From assembly GCF_006345805.1 (NCBI RefSeq), contig NW_021834135.1, positions 1 through 26,613 of the forward strand: a stretch of 26,613 nucleotides of DNA, written 5' to 3'. Both the position numbers and the translations under genes were made by a program. This DNA is from Octopus sinensis (taxonomy: Eukaryota). Position 1 is the stretch's first letter. Every line of letters begins with the position of its first letter. The notes under the pieces are model-generated. The model saw only the letters and a program-made list of their open reading frames with translations. It was not told the origin of the DNA and did not search any database. Shown here piece by piece: positions 10,041-19,519 of this stretch.

Positions 10041-10045
10041 CATAG

Positions 10046-10190
10046 GCAGAATAAGTTGACTGAACACCTTTACGTTTTGAGTTCAAATCTGATCTCTATC
10101 GACTTTACCCCCTCAACCTTCCATTAACGACAAGAATTAATTACCAGTCAAGTACTGGTGATTTTTCTCAACTAATTCTTCCCCCGCCCC
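10046..10190 (+). mobile_element. Old degenerate SINE-B-like copy
   Basis: GGCAGAA...TTACGTTTTGAGTTCAAATC...TCGACTTTACC...TACCAGTCAAGTACTGG aligns to SINE-B. Confidence 0.6.
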
Positions 10191-10281
10191 TCGTTCTCAT
10201 ACATTTGTGGTCCTGCGCGAATTTAAGAAATATTATTATTATTATTATTATTATTATTGACAATAAAAGTTGTTTTTTTTT

Positions 10282-10663
10282 GTACTTCTTTCACTCATCT
10301 GACTGCGACCATGCTAGAGCATCGCCTTGAAGAGTTTTAGTCGAACAAATCCACTCCACGATTTATTATTTTAAGCCTAGTACTTATTATATCGGTCTCT
10401 TTTGCCGAACTGCTAAGTTACGAGGACAGAAACACACCAACACTGGTTGTCAAGCGGTGATGAGGGGACAAATACAGGTACAAACACACCACACACACAC
10501 ATACACATACGATGAGCTTTCAGTTTCTGTCTACTAAATCCACTCACAAGGCTTTGATTGACCCAAGGCTATAGGAAAAGACACTTGTCTAAGGTGCTAC
10601 GCAGTGGGACTGAAACGAGAACCATGGGACTGAGAAGCAAGCTTCTTACCACACAGACACGCC
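10282..10663 (-). mobile_element. Older, diverged SINE-A copy
   Basis: Colinear with SINE-A reverse complement from tail to head, with many substitutions. Confidence 0.85.
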
Positions 10664-10828
10664 TTTTTTTTTCTTTTGTAGTAAAACCCTTGCTTAAGCT
10701 GTATTTGCCTTCAATCTTTCCTGGCAATCGATGAAACTGAAATAGTGGTCACGTAAAGAGTCACTTTAATTGACTGTAGCCTTCTTCTAAAATATGTTGC
10801 CATGTGCCGCTCGAAATTCTTTCTTCCA

Positions 10829-10865
10829 AGATCAACTTTGCCTTTCATCCTTTCAAGTTTTATAA
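10829..10865 (+). mobile_element. SINE-B core fragment
   Basis: AAGATCAACTTTGCCTTTCATCCTTTC matches the SINE-B core. Confidence 0.55.
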
Positions 10866-10919
10866 AATTTACTCTAGCGTCTTAAACAATGGGATATTTG
10901 GATAATACAAACCAAGATA

Positions 10920-11086
10920 CTCTTTTAAGCTTGGTTCTTATTCTATTGGTCTATTTGCCAAACCACAGGGACGTGAACACACCAACACCGGTTGTTAAGC
11001 GGTGGTGGGAGATAAACAAGCATAGATACAAAGACACACACAGACAGACAGACAGACACACACACACACAACACACACACACACAC
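10920..11086 (-). mobile_element. SINE-A middle fragment with (GACA)/(CA)n
   Basis: CTTATTCTATTGGTCTATTTGCCAAACC...GGGACGTGAACACACCAACACCGGTTGTTAAGCGGTGG matches the diverged SINE-A body. Confidence 0.75.
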
Positions 11087-11090
11087 ATAT

Positions 11091-11302
11091 TCTCTTTTAC
11101 TCTTTTACTTGTTTCAGTCATTTTGATTGCGGCCATGCTGGAGCACCGCCTTTAGTCGAGCAACTCGACCCCGGGACTTATTCTTTTTGTAAGCCCAGTA
11201 CTTACTCTATCGGTCTCTTTTTGCCGAACCGCTAAGTGACGGGGACGTAAACACACCAGCATTGGTTGTCAAGCAATGCTAGGGGGACAAACACACACAC
11301 AA

Positions 11303-11335
<33 letters not shown>

Positions 11336-11502
11336 CATATATACGACAGGCTTCTTTCAGTTTCCGTCTACCAAATCCACTCACAAGGCATTGGTCGGCC
11401 CGGGGCTATAGCAGAAGACACTTGCCCAAGATGCCACGCAGTGGGACTGAACCCGGAACCATGTGGTTGGTTAGCAAGCTACTTAACACACAGCCACTCC
11501 TG
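11091..11502 (-). mobile_element. SINE-A, young subfamily, near full length
   Basis: Near-identical to the copies at 12810, 16095, 16541 and 22766. Confidence 0.95.
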
Positions 11503-11513
11503 TATATATACAC

Positions 11514-11674
11514 ACGACGGGCTTCTTTCAGTTTCCGTCTGCCAAATCCACTCACAAGGCTTTAGTCGGCCCGAAACTATAGTAGAAAAGACAATTGCCG
11601 AAGGTGCCACACAGTGGGACAGAACCCGGAACCATATGGTTGGGAAGCAAACTTCTTACCAAACAGCCACGCCT
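11514..11674 (-). mobile_element. SINE-A 5' half (older variant) directly abutting previous copy
   Basis: ACGACGGGCTTCTTTCAGTTTCCGTCTGCCAAATCC...GGGACAGAACCCGGAACCAT...CAGCCACGCCT. Confidence 0.88.
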
Positions 11675-11708
11675 ACACGCCCACGTCTAAACAAAAAAAT
11701 TAAGATAG

Positions 11709-12296
11709 GAAGTGCGTGATTCTATTAACATCATCGATTATAAGTTTGATCAGGAACGGCTAATCTTGGTTAAAACAACAATAGCAACTAAATCTCCCCC
11801 AAACTTAGCGCCTTTTAGATTTGATCCTCTGTCACTGAACCCATCCTTTTTTCGTGCTCTTCTGAAAATATAACACATTAAGAATATAGAAACTATATGC
11901 TTCCCTGCTGAAAATTCTGCTCGGATGTCTCTTGATTTTAATGCCTTGCTGATTTATACTTTTAGCAAGAAACTGCATACTGACGACACGAGTGAAGTAA
12001 CACAACTTGATCATGACACGAATGAAGAACTTTTAAATGCTCTTATGGGAATTTGGTGTAATATTTTACAATATAAAAAAAAAGCCAACAATGACTTCCA
12101 AGCTACAAATAAGGGGACACCCAACCCTATTTATATGCCCTTAGGAAAGGTCATAAAAACTCTTACTGATTCTGTAGCCGGCCTATCCACCACATGCTTT
12201 GTGTGTTACGCTAACAATGCCAAAAAGCTGTGGAAGATCACACCTTTCTGCGCTAAATGTACGTCTCTTAATAGAGATATCAATGGACATTTCTGA
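11709..12296 (+). pseudogene. Unidentified decayed reading frame (~195 codons, one internal stop) with C-x2-C-x14-C-x2-C motif
   Basis: The frame of ORF 11925..12296 extends upstream to 11709 with a single TAA at 11871-11873; complex, non-repetitive peptide ending CFVCYANNAKKLWKITPFCAKC. No family recognised. Confidence 0.45.
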
Positions 12297-12809
12297 CAGC
12301 ACGGAAGACCTCCTCAGCACGATTGATGGGTGTAACCGTGCGTAAAATCTCACCAACTGTGTGAGAATTGATTTATAACAGCGAGATAGCGTTCTATGAT
12401 GTTGGCATTGATGAACTGAGTCTGTTCTTAGCATTAACCCATAAAACATAGCTATTTGTCTGAATCCTATCTAAAAACATTTTGCACTTCTCGAATTAGA
12501 ACCCCACTACCATCACTTCTGCCTTTTAGAAAGACCCCGGTCAAACGTTGGGTGGATTTGATCAAACCCAACTAAACCTGTCAAATAAGCTGTGGCATTT
12601 GATGGTAGTCCCCCCCCCCATACACACACACACGCACACACATACACTGGATAAAATAAACTGTTTAGCAACAGAGAAAAAGTATTACCAGTGTTTTAGG
12701 ATTGCTGGAAATATCATCAACCTTTCATGATGTTGGATAACAACTAAAACATAGACTGCCTAGCCGTCAGCTGCCAACTATTTCCTATATGGGTTTGAGC
12801 CTAGACATA

Positions 12810-13234
12810 TACTCTCTTTACTCTTTTACTCTTTTACTTGTTTCAGTCATTTGACTGCGGCCATGCTGGAGCACCGCCTTTAGTCGAGCAAATCGACCCC
12901 GGGACTTATTCTTTGTAAGCCCAGTACTTATTCTATCGGTCTCTTTTGCCGAACCGCTAAGTGACGGGGACGTAAACACACCAGCATCGGTTGTCAAGCA
13001 ATGCTAGGGAGACAAACACAGACACACAAACATATACACACACACTTATATATATATATATACATATATACGACAGGCTTCTTTCAGTTTCCGTCTACCA
13101 AATCCACTCACAAGGCATTGGTCGGCCCGGGGCTATAGCAGAAGACACTTGCCCAAGATGCCACGCAGTGGGACTGAACCCGGAACCATGTGGTTGGTTA
13201 GCAAGCTACTCACCACACAGCCACTCCTGCGCCT
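12810..13234 (-). mobile_element. SINE-A, young subfamily, full length
   Basis: Complete head (AGGCGCAGGAGTGGCTGTG...), A/B boxes, core and (AAAAGAGT)n tail. Confidence 0.96.
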
Positions 13235-13276
13235 ATATATTTGCTTGTATTTTAATGTGAATCATTCAAAATAATA

Positions 13277-14524
13277 ATGGAGCAACTGAGTATGGAGTAT
13301 TTCTGAAGACTGAGGTTGGTGTTGCACTCAGAATTGACTGGATGGAATAAAATAAATCCAAGCAGTTAATACGTGGGCGATAGCATCACTTAGGTATGGA
13401 GCAGGAATTATAAAATGGCAAAAGAGAGAAATTAAGAAAATGGATACCAAGACCGGAGAAATGTCGACAGTAAACGGAACTTTCCACCCTAAGAGTGACA
13501 CAGATAAGCTGTACTTGTCCAGAAGAAAGGGTGAGAGGGATTTAATTAGTTTCCAGTATTGTATCGAAGCAGAGGAAAACAGCATAGGATAGTATATAAA
13601 GATGCCGTGGAGCCACTCTTGAAACAAACGAAGAAGGCTGGTGTCATCAAAACTGAAAATTGTGTAACTAAAGAAATATTTAAACAAGAAATGACAAAAA
13701 AAAGAGCATGGGAGGAAAAGAAAATGTACGGTCAGCTTGCAAGAGATATGAATGCAAAGACGGATACAGAGGACCGGTGGCTATGGATGAGGAGGAGTGA
13801 CCTGAAGATAGAGAAAGAAGCACTCATATGCGCAGCTCAGGAACAAGCGCTAAGTACCAATTATATGAAACGCAGAATAAAAAACACTACCGATAGCGAC
13901 AAATGCAGAATGTGTGGCGAGAGGGGTAAAACGGCATGGCATATCGTTTGCAAATGCCCGATGTTGGCACAATGCGAATACAAACAATGTGGCAAGAATG
14001 ATCCATTGGGATCTCTGAGAAAATCACGGCCTACAAAGAGCAAAGACGTGGTATGAGAAAACTCGAAAAGGAGTCACTGAAAATGAGAATTGTAACGATC
14101 CACTGCGATCACCCGACCAGACATCGGAAACCGGACATTGTTGTGGTGAATAAAAAAAGAAAGAACATGCATGATAATTGACATAGCATGCTCTGGTGAC
14201 AACAGGATTATGTGAAAGAAGAAAAAATAAACAGCTATGACGATTTACAGTGTGGAATACCAAGGATGTGTTCAATGAAGAGAGTAGACTTGATACCAAT
14301 AGTAATTGGTACACTTGGAAGTATTAGCACTCAGCTACCAGCATAGCTAAAAACAGATTGGTGCAAGTGTGAAGATAGAACACCTACAAAAATCAGCATT
14401 GCTTGGAAATGCAAGAATTCTTCACAGGGTTCTTGAAGTATTACCAGTAAACAAGTGTCACCTTAGTCTGCTGGTTGTGAATAGGTGACATTTTCCATCA
14501 TACCCAGCAAAATAATTTTCATAC

Positions 14525-14582
<58 letters not shown>
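13277..14582 (+). mobile_element. 5'-truncated, decayed R4/Dong-clade non-LTR retrotransposon (RT C-terminus, CCHC, REL endonuclease, 3'UTR, (AAT)n tail)
   Basis: Frameshifted peptides: LRYGAGIIKW...FHPKSDTDKLYLSRRKG (RT thumb region); ALICAAQEQALSTNY...KCRMCGERGKTAWHIVCKC (CCHC knuckle); RHRKPDIVVVNKK/ERTCMIIDIACSGD...KEEKI (PD-(D/E)xK endonuclease); LQKSALLGNARILHRVLE. 3'UTR stem TGTCACCT/AGGTGACA (14456-14490); (AAT)n from ~14525. Confidence 0.92.
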
Positions 14583-14583
<1 letters not shown>

Positions 14584-14620
14584 GAAGAAGAAGAAGAAGA
14601 AGAAGAGTAATAATAATGAT

Positions 14621-14653
<33 letters not shown>

Positions 14654-14685
14654 AATAATAATGATGATGATGATGATGATGATGA

Positions 14686-14990
14686 ATGGCTCTCATGGCT
14701 TCTGATGGCTCTCATGGCTTCTAATGGCTCTCATAGCTTCTGATGGCTCTCATGGCTTCTGATGGCTCTCATGGCTTCTGATGGCTCTCATGGCTTCTGA
14801 TGGCTCTCATGGCTTCTGATGGCTCTCATGGCTTCTGATGGCTCTCATGGCTTCTGATGGCTCTCATGGCTTCTGTTGGCTCTCACGGCTTCTAATGGCT
14901 CTCATGGCTTCTGATGGCTCTCATGGCTTCTAATGGCTCTCATGGCTTCTGATGGCTCTCATGGCTGCAGTGGCTCTCATGGCTTCTGAT
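14686..14990 (+). repeat. 19-bp minisatellite (ATGGCTCTCATGGCTTCTG), ~16 copies
   Basis: Counted from sequence; spacerless tandem units with occasional G>A or A>T variants. Confidence 0.97.
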
Positions 14991-15493
14991 CTTAATTGAT
15001 TGGAAGTGTTATCATGTACATTGTTTTGTCTTGGTATAAAAGATGGGCTACAGCAAATATTCTGCTCAATACCACAGATTTGCTTGTCAGTTGCTTGACC
15101 TTAACCAGTTGAGCATGTCCCTTAGTGGCTGACGATATGTGCATCTCTGATCACGAGCAGAAGTAGTGTTGAGAGGGATTCTTTGGGGTTTGAATAATTC
15201 ACCTCTGGAAACATGGGTGGTTCTTTCAACATCCTTAAACAACCCTTATTCAGGGACCTTTTGAGCGGGATGGGCTACTCAACCTGAAGAAATTTCTAAC
15301 TGGGCCCCACCTGCAAGGTCATGTGCTGTTTATCTTGATATGAGATCACCATGTCGCGCACATATGGTTGTGATGCATGTGCCTGGTGTACCCTTATCAG
15401 ACGGGTAGTCATGATGGGTATATTGGGCTTCGTATATTTTACCCCAGTGTCACTTTGATGGCATGCACTGCTCTCTCACTCAATAATAATAAC

Positions 15494-15532
<39 letters not shown>
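14972..15532 (+). mobile_element. LINE-like 3' end (second family) with (AAT)n tail
   Basis: Unique ~500-nt segment ending ...GCTCTCTCACTC-(AAT)n; its 3' ~310 nt are repeated at 15533-15841. No ORF recognised; LINE 3'UTR identity is inferred. Confidence 0.7.
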
Positions 15533-15533
<1 letters not shown>

Positions 15534-15840
15534 GGGATTCTTTGGGGTTTGAATAGTTCACCTTTGGAAACATGGGTGGTTCTTTCAACATCCTTAAACA
15601 ACCCTTATTCAGGGACCTTTTGAGCGGGATGGGCTACTCAACCTGAAGAAAATTCTAACTGGGCCCCACCTGCAAGGTCATGTGCTGTTTATCTTGATAT
15701 GAGATCACCATGTCGCGCACATATGGTTGTGATGCATGTGCCTGGTGTACCCTTATCAGGCGGGTAGTCATGATGGGTATATTGGGCTTCGTATATTTTA
15801 CCCCAGTGTCAGTTTGATGACATGCACAGCTCTCTCACTC

Positions 15841-15877
<37 letters not shown>
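15533..15877 (+). mobile_element. Second, shorter copy of the same 3' end with its own (AAT)n tail
   Basis: 15533-15841 is near-identical to 15173-15481 (AGGGATTCTTTGGGG...CTCTCACTC). Confidence 0.85.
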
Positions 15878-15880
<3 letters not shown>

Positions 15881-16094
15881 GACAGCAACAACAACAATGG
15901 TGTCTAATTCAGGTACAAAGTTAGAAGCTTTAAAGGGAATGGGCTGGGTGTAGAGGCGGTTAGCTGGCGAGGGACAAATGGGAGAATGTTGATGAACTTT
16001 TAAATACCAATGAAACCTTCGATCCTCATTCCAAGTGAAACGCCGTTAAATGTATAATTTCACCCAGTGTCTAAATATGCGTGAATAAGAATCT

Positions 16095-16518
16095 TACTCT
16101 TTTACTCTTTTACTAGTTTCAGTCATTTCACTGCGGCCATGCTGGAGCACCGCCTTTAGTCGAGCAAATCGACCCCGGGACTTATTCTTTTTTTTTGTAA
16201 GCCCAGTACTTATTCTATCGGTCTCTTTTGCCGAACCGCTAAGTGACGGGTACGTAAACACACCAGCATCGGTTGTCAAGCAATGCTAGGGGAACAAACA
16301 CAGACACACAAACATATACACACACACTTATATATATATATATATATATATATACGACAGGCTTCTTTCAGTTTCCGTCTACCAAATCCACTCACAAGGC
16401 ATTGGTCGGCCCGGGGCTATAGTAGAAGACACTTGCCCAAGATGCCACGCAGTGGGACTGAACCCGGAACCATGTGGTTGGTTAGCAAGCTACTTACCAC
16501 ACAACCACTCCTGCGCCT
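16095..16518 (-). mobile_element. SINE-A, young, full length (tandem copy 1)
   Basis: Complete head, core and tail. Confidence 0.96.
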
Positions 16519-16540
16519 ATATATTCTGAATATATATATA

Positions 16541-16950
16541 TACTCTTTTACTCTTTTTACTCTTTTACTTGTTGCAGTCATTTGACTGCGGCCATGCTGG
16601 AGCACCGCCTTTTAGTCGAGCAAATCGACCCCGGGACTTATTCTTTGTAAGCCCAGTACTTATTCTATCGGTCTCTTTTGCCGAACCGCTAAGTTACGGG
16701 GACGTAAATACACTAGCATCGGTTGTCAAGCAATGCTAGGGAGACAAACACACACACACAAACATATATATATATATACATATATACGACAGGCTTCTTT
16801 CAGTTTCCGTCTACCAAATCCACTCACAAGGCATTGGTCGGCCCGGGGCTATAGCAGAAGACACTTGCCCAAGATGCCACGCAGTGGGACTGAACCCGGA
16901 ACCATGTGGTTGGTTAGCAAGCTACTTACCACACAGCCACTCCTGCGCCT
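16541..16950 (-). mobile_element. SINE-A, young, full length (tandem copy 2)
   Basis: Complete; separated from the previous copy by 22 nt of TA-rich DNA. Confidence 0.96.
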
Positions 16951-17727
16951 ATAAATTCAATATATATATTTATTTTATTCCATCGTGCATCACTGGATCA
17001 TTATATTTCTGCTATGATGACATTGACCTTGTTATCCATGCACAACACAAATCAATCACCTCACGAGACACCCTAACTGGAGGCAGATCGCTTTTACTAG
17101 AAAGCGGTTTAGAGATAACTAGTTTAGTCACAAATGATAAATCAAAACTGCATGTTCTATTCAGAGCACAGGCAAAGCATATTGAATTCATTTTTGGTTA
17201 GAAAAGTGTCAGCAATATCAAGAATTGTCAAAGTCAACACACCTGTTGCCTGATTTTTAAGAACGGTGGAATAGCTCACCCTATCTAGTTGTTGTGTATA
17301 ATAATTAAATGAGCATGCACAATAAATTCATTGAGTGTTCACTGTAATAATTTCAAGTTTTTGCATTAATAAAATTTTGTGTCCATTGTTGGTATTAAGT
17401 AAAATATTTCGTTGCTATCTTCGAACTGGAAATGATTAATTTAGATTGAAGGTTTCAATAAGACTTAAAGAGTTAAGTCTTATTAAAGAGTTATCCGCTT
17501 CCAATTATTTATGCTATTAATTATTAGAGTCAACAGTATTGAGCAAGATTATTGAATCATCTTTGTCAGCATTACCGTTGAATCTAGGTCTTGGTTTTCT
17601 TTATGAGTTATATATAATGGCCAGAGTGCAATAATCCATGGCATATTATCTGTCACCGGAAGAATATTTTCCTCGGCAACAAGAGATTCTATGACAACGG
17701 CTGCCTCAAAATTTAAGAAAAATCAAT

Positions 17728-18093
17728 AGGCGCAGGAGTGGCTGTGTGGTAAGTAGCTTGTCTACCAACCACACGGTTCCGGGTTCAGTCCCACTGCGTG
17801 GCACCTTGGGCAAGTGTCTTCTACTATAGCCGCGGGCCGACCAAAGCCTTGTGAGTGGATTTGGTAGATGGAAACTGAAAGAAGCCCGTTGTATATATGT
17901 ATATATATGTGTGTGTGTTTGTGTGTCTGTGTTTGTCCCCGTTACTTAGCGGTTCGGCAAAAGAGAGCGATAGAATAAGTACTGGGCTTACAAAAGAATA
18001 AGTCCCGGGGTCGAGTTGCTCGATTAAAGGCGGTGCTCCAGCATGGCCGCAGTCAAATGACTGAAACAAGTAAAAGAATAAAAGAAAAGAAAG
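17728..18093 (+). mobile_element. SINE-A, full head, short internal deletion
   Basis: AGGCGCAGGAGTGGCTGTGTGG...GGTTCAGTCCC...GGGGTCGAGTTGCTCGA...AAGTAAAAGAATAAAAG. Confidence 0.94.
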
Positions 18094-18190
18094 AACGTAT
18101 CTATTCATTCTCGATACGGTCTGGAGGGCGCGAACGTGAAAATCAAATCGTTAATATTTTCGTCATCGGAGAATATCTCTTCGTTTTAGA

Positions 18191-18657
18191 CAGGGGTTCC
18201 CAACCAGGGTCCAAGTGACCCTTGGACATCCATACGAGTTTTTGTTATTAAAGTTTACGAGCAGTAAATTGGTTATACTTTTGCGATCTTTTACAATCAT
18301 TCGCCTTTTACCTTTTATTTGTTTCAGTCATTAGACTTCGGCCATGCTGGGGCATCGCCTTGAAGAATTTTTACTCGAATGAATCGACCCTCGTTGCCGA
18401 ACCGCAAAGCGGTGGTAGAAGACACTTGCCAAAGTGGGACTAAAACCGGAAGCATATGGGTGAGAAACAAACATTTTACCACAAAGCCATGCCTGCGCCT
18501 ACACGAAATATTTCATTTTTTTATACAATTCTTAATGTTTCATTATAAAAATACAGTAAGATTTTATTCTTTATATAAAGCAAATGGCTATGGGGGTTCA
18601 CCCAAGTCAAATAGGAATCAAAGGGGTCAATAGACAAAAAGTGTTTGAGAGCCACTG
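18191..18657. mobile_element. Old hAT (Charlie-like) MITE with a degenerate SINE-A inserted (~18305-18500, minus)
   Basis: Imperfect terminal inverted repeats CAGGGGTTCCCAACC / GTTTGAGAGCCACTG; TAGA-containing flanks (GTTTTAGA, CTATAGAA) but no exact 8-bp TSD. Confidence 0.55.
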
Positions 18658-18994
18658 CTATAGAAGATGTATGTTAATAACATGCAATTCACCGATGTAA
18701 GGAGACTTTGAGGCACCGCAGTGTTTCGACCTCATCGCTTAACTCCTCGGTCAAAGCTACCCCTATTTGAATGGTCTAATAAAATTCCAAGCTTATGTTA
18801 ATGGAAATCAGCAAACAAATTATTTACAGATGACTGTTGATGTCTGATAAACAGATAGTAATTCATGAGGTTGCACGCAGAACAATGAGAATTCAAACTA
18901 ATTACATATATATATATATATATATATATCCTTTTATCATTAATTAATAAATTTTAGGGTAGCAAAAAATTCTAGAAAAATTCTCCGCTTGGTC

Positions 18995-19083
18995 TTCCTG
19001 CTGAAGATGGCAACGCCAATTGTAAAGTAAAATAATTTTATTTTATTTACAAGAGATGGCCGAAACTATGCATAATCCAGGAA
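18995..19083 (+). ncRNA. Type I hammerhead ribozyme motif with extended stem II
   Basis: Stem I TTCCTG (18995-19000)/CAGGAA (19078-19083); CTGAAGA at 19001-19007; stem II GGC/GCC with inner TTGTAAA/TTTACAA and TAAAAT/ATTTTA; GAAA at 19062-19065; stem III CTATGCATAA (palindrome with one C.A mismatch); AUC cleavage triplet (C19077). Confidence 0.65.
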
Positions 19084-19236
19084 ATATTGTGTAAACGTTT
19101 TTATTTCTCTTTCCCTTTCAGAATTACAACTATTAGTGGTTTGGAGTTTAACTGCTCTTTCTAGTGAGTCAGATGTCCTATTATGGTCATCTCTTATGTG
19201 TTTAAATATACATACATACATACAAACATACATACA

Positions 19237-19519
19237 TCACGTGATCACGTGACTGACCAGACCATCAGATGTTGTTACACATCAATGCGTTCGCATTGTT
19301 TTAGCCTTCGAACGACGCCACCCCGCTGGCTAAGCGAGCAGGCCAACAGAAGAAAGAATGGGAGAAAGTGTGGTGAAAGAGTACAGCAGGGATCACCACC
19401 CCCTGCCGGAGCTTCGTGGAGCTTTTAGGTGTTTTCGCTCTATAAACACACACAACGCCTGGTCTGGGAATCGAAACCGCGAGTCCGCTGCCCTAACCAC
19501 TGGGCCATTGCGTCTCCAC
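19237..19519 (-). mobile_element. SINE-C (third tRNA-derived family)
   Basis: Minus strand: GTGGAGACGCAATGGCCCAGTGGTTAGGGCAGCGGACTCGCGGTTTCGATTCCCAG with A box TGGCCCAGTGG and B box GGTTTCGATTCCC (A-B spacing shortened); tail TCACGTGATCACGTGA then (TATG)n. Confidence 0.8.

Noticed and set aside
12130-12270. Assignment of the zinc-finger frame to Transib or piggyBac transposase
   Set aside because: Only loose local resemblance; no catalytic DDE/DDD context or TIRs found.
13559-14056. 165-aa ORF as a host zinc-finger gene
   Set aside because: It is a frameshift-bounded piece of the R4/Dong retrotransposon ORF (CCHC knuckle).
14686-14990. Short regular repeats resembling a CRISPR array
   Set aside because: No unique spacers, eukaryotic context, no cas genes; plain tandem minisatellite.
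11266-16954. Recurrent ORFs with DRLLSVSVYQIHSQG / RQASFSFRLPNPLTRHWS peptides suggesting a gene family
   Set aside because: They are antisense translations of repeated SINE-A copies, not paralogous genes.
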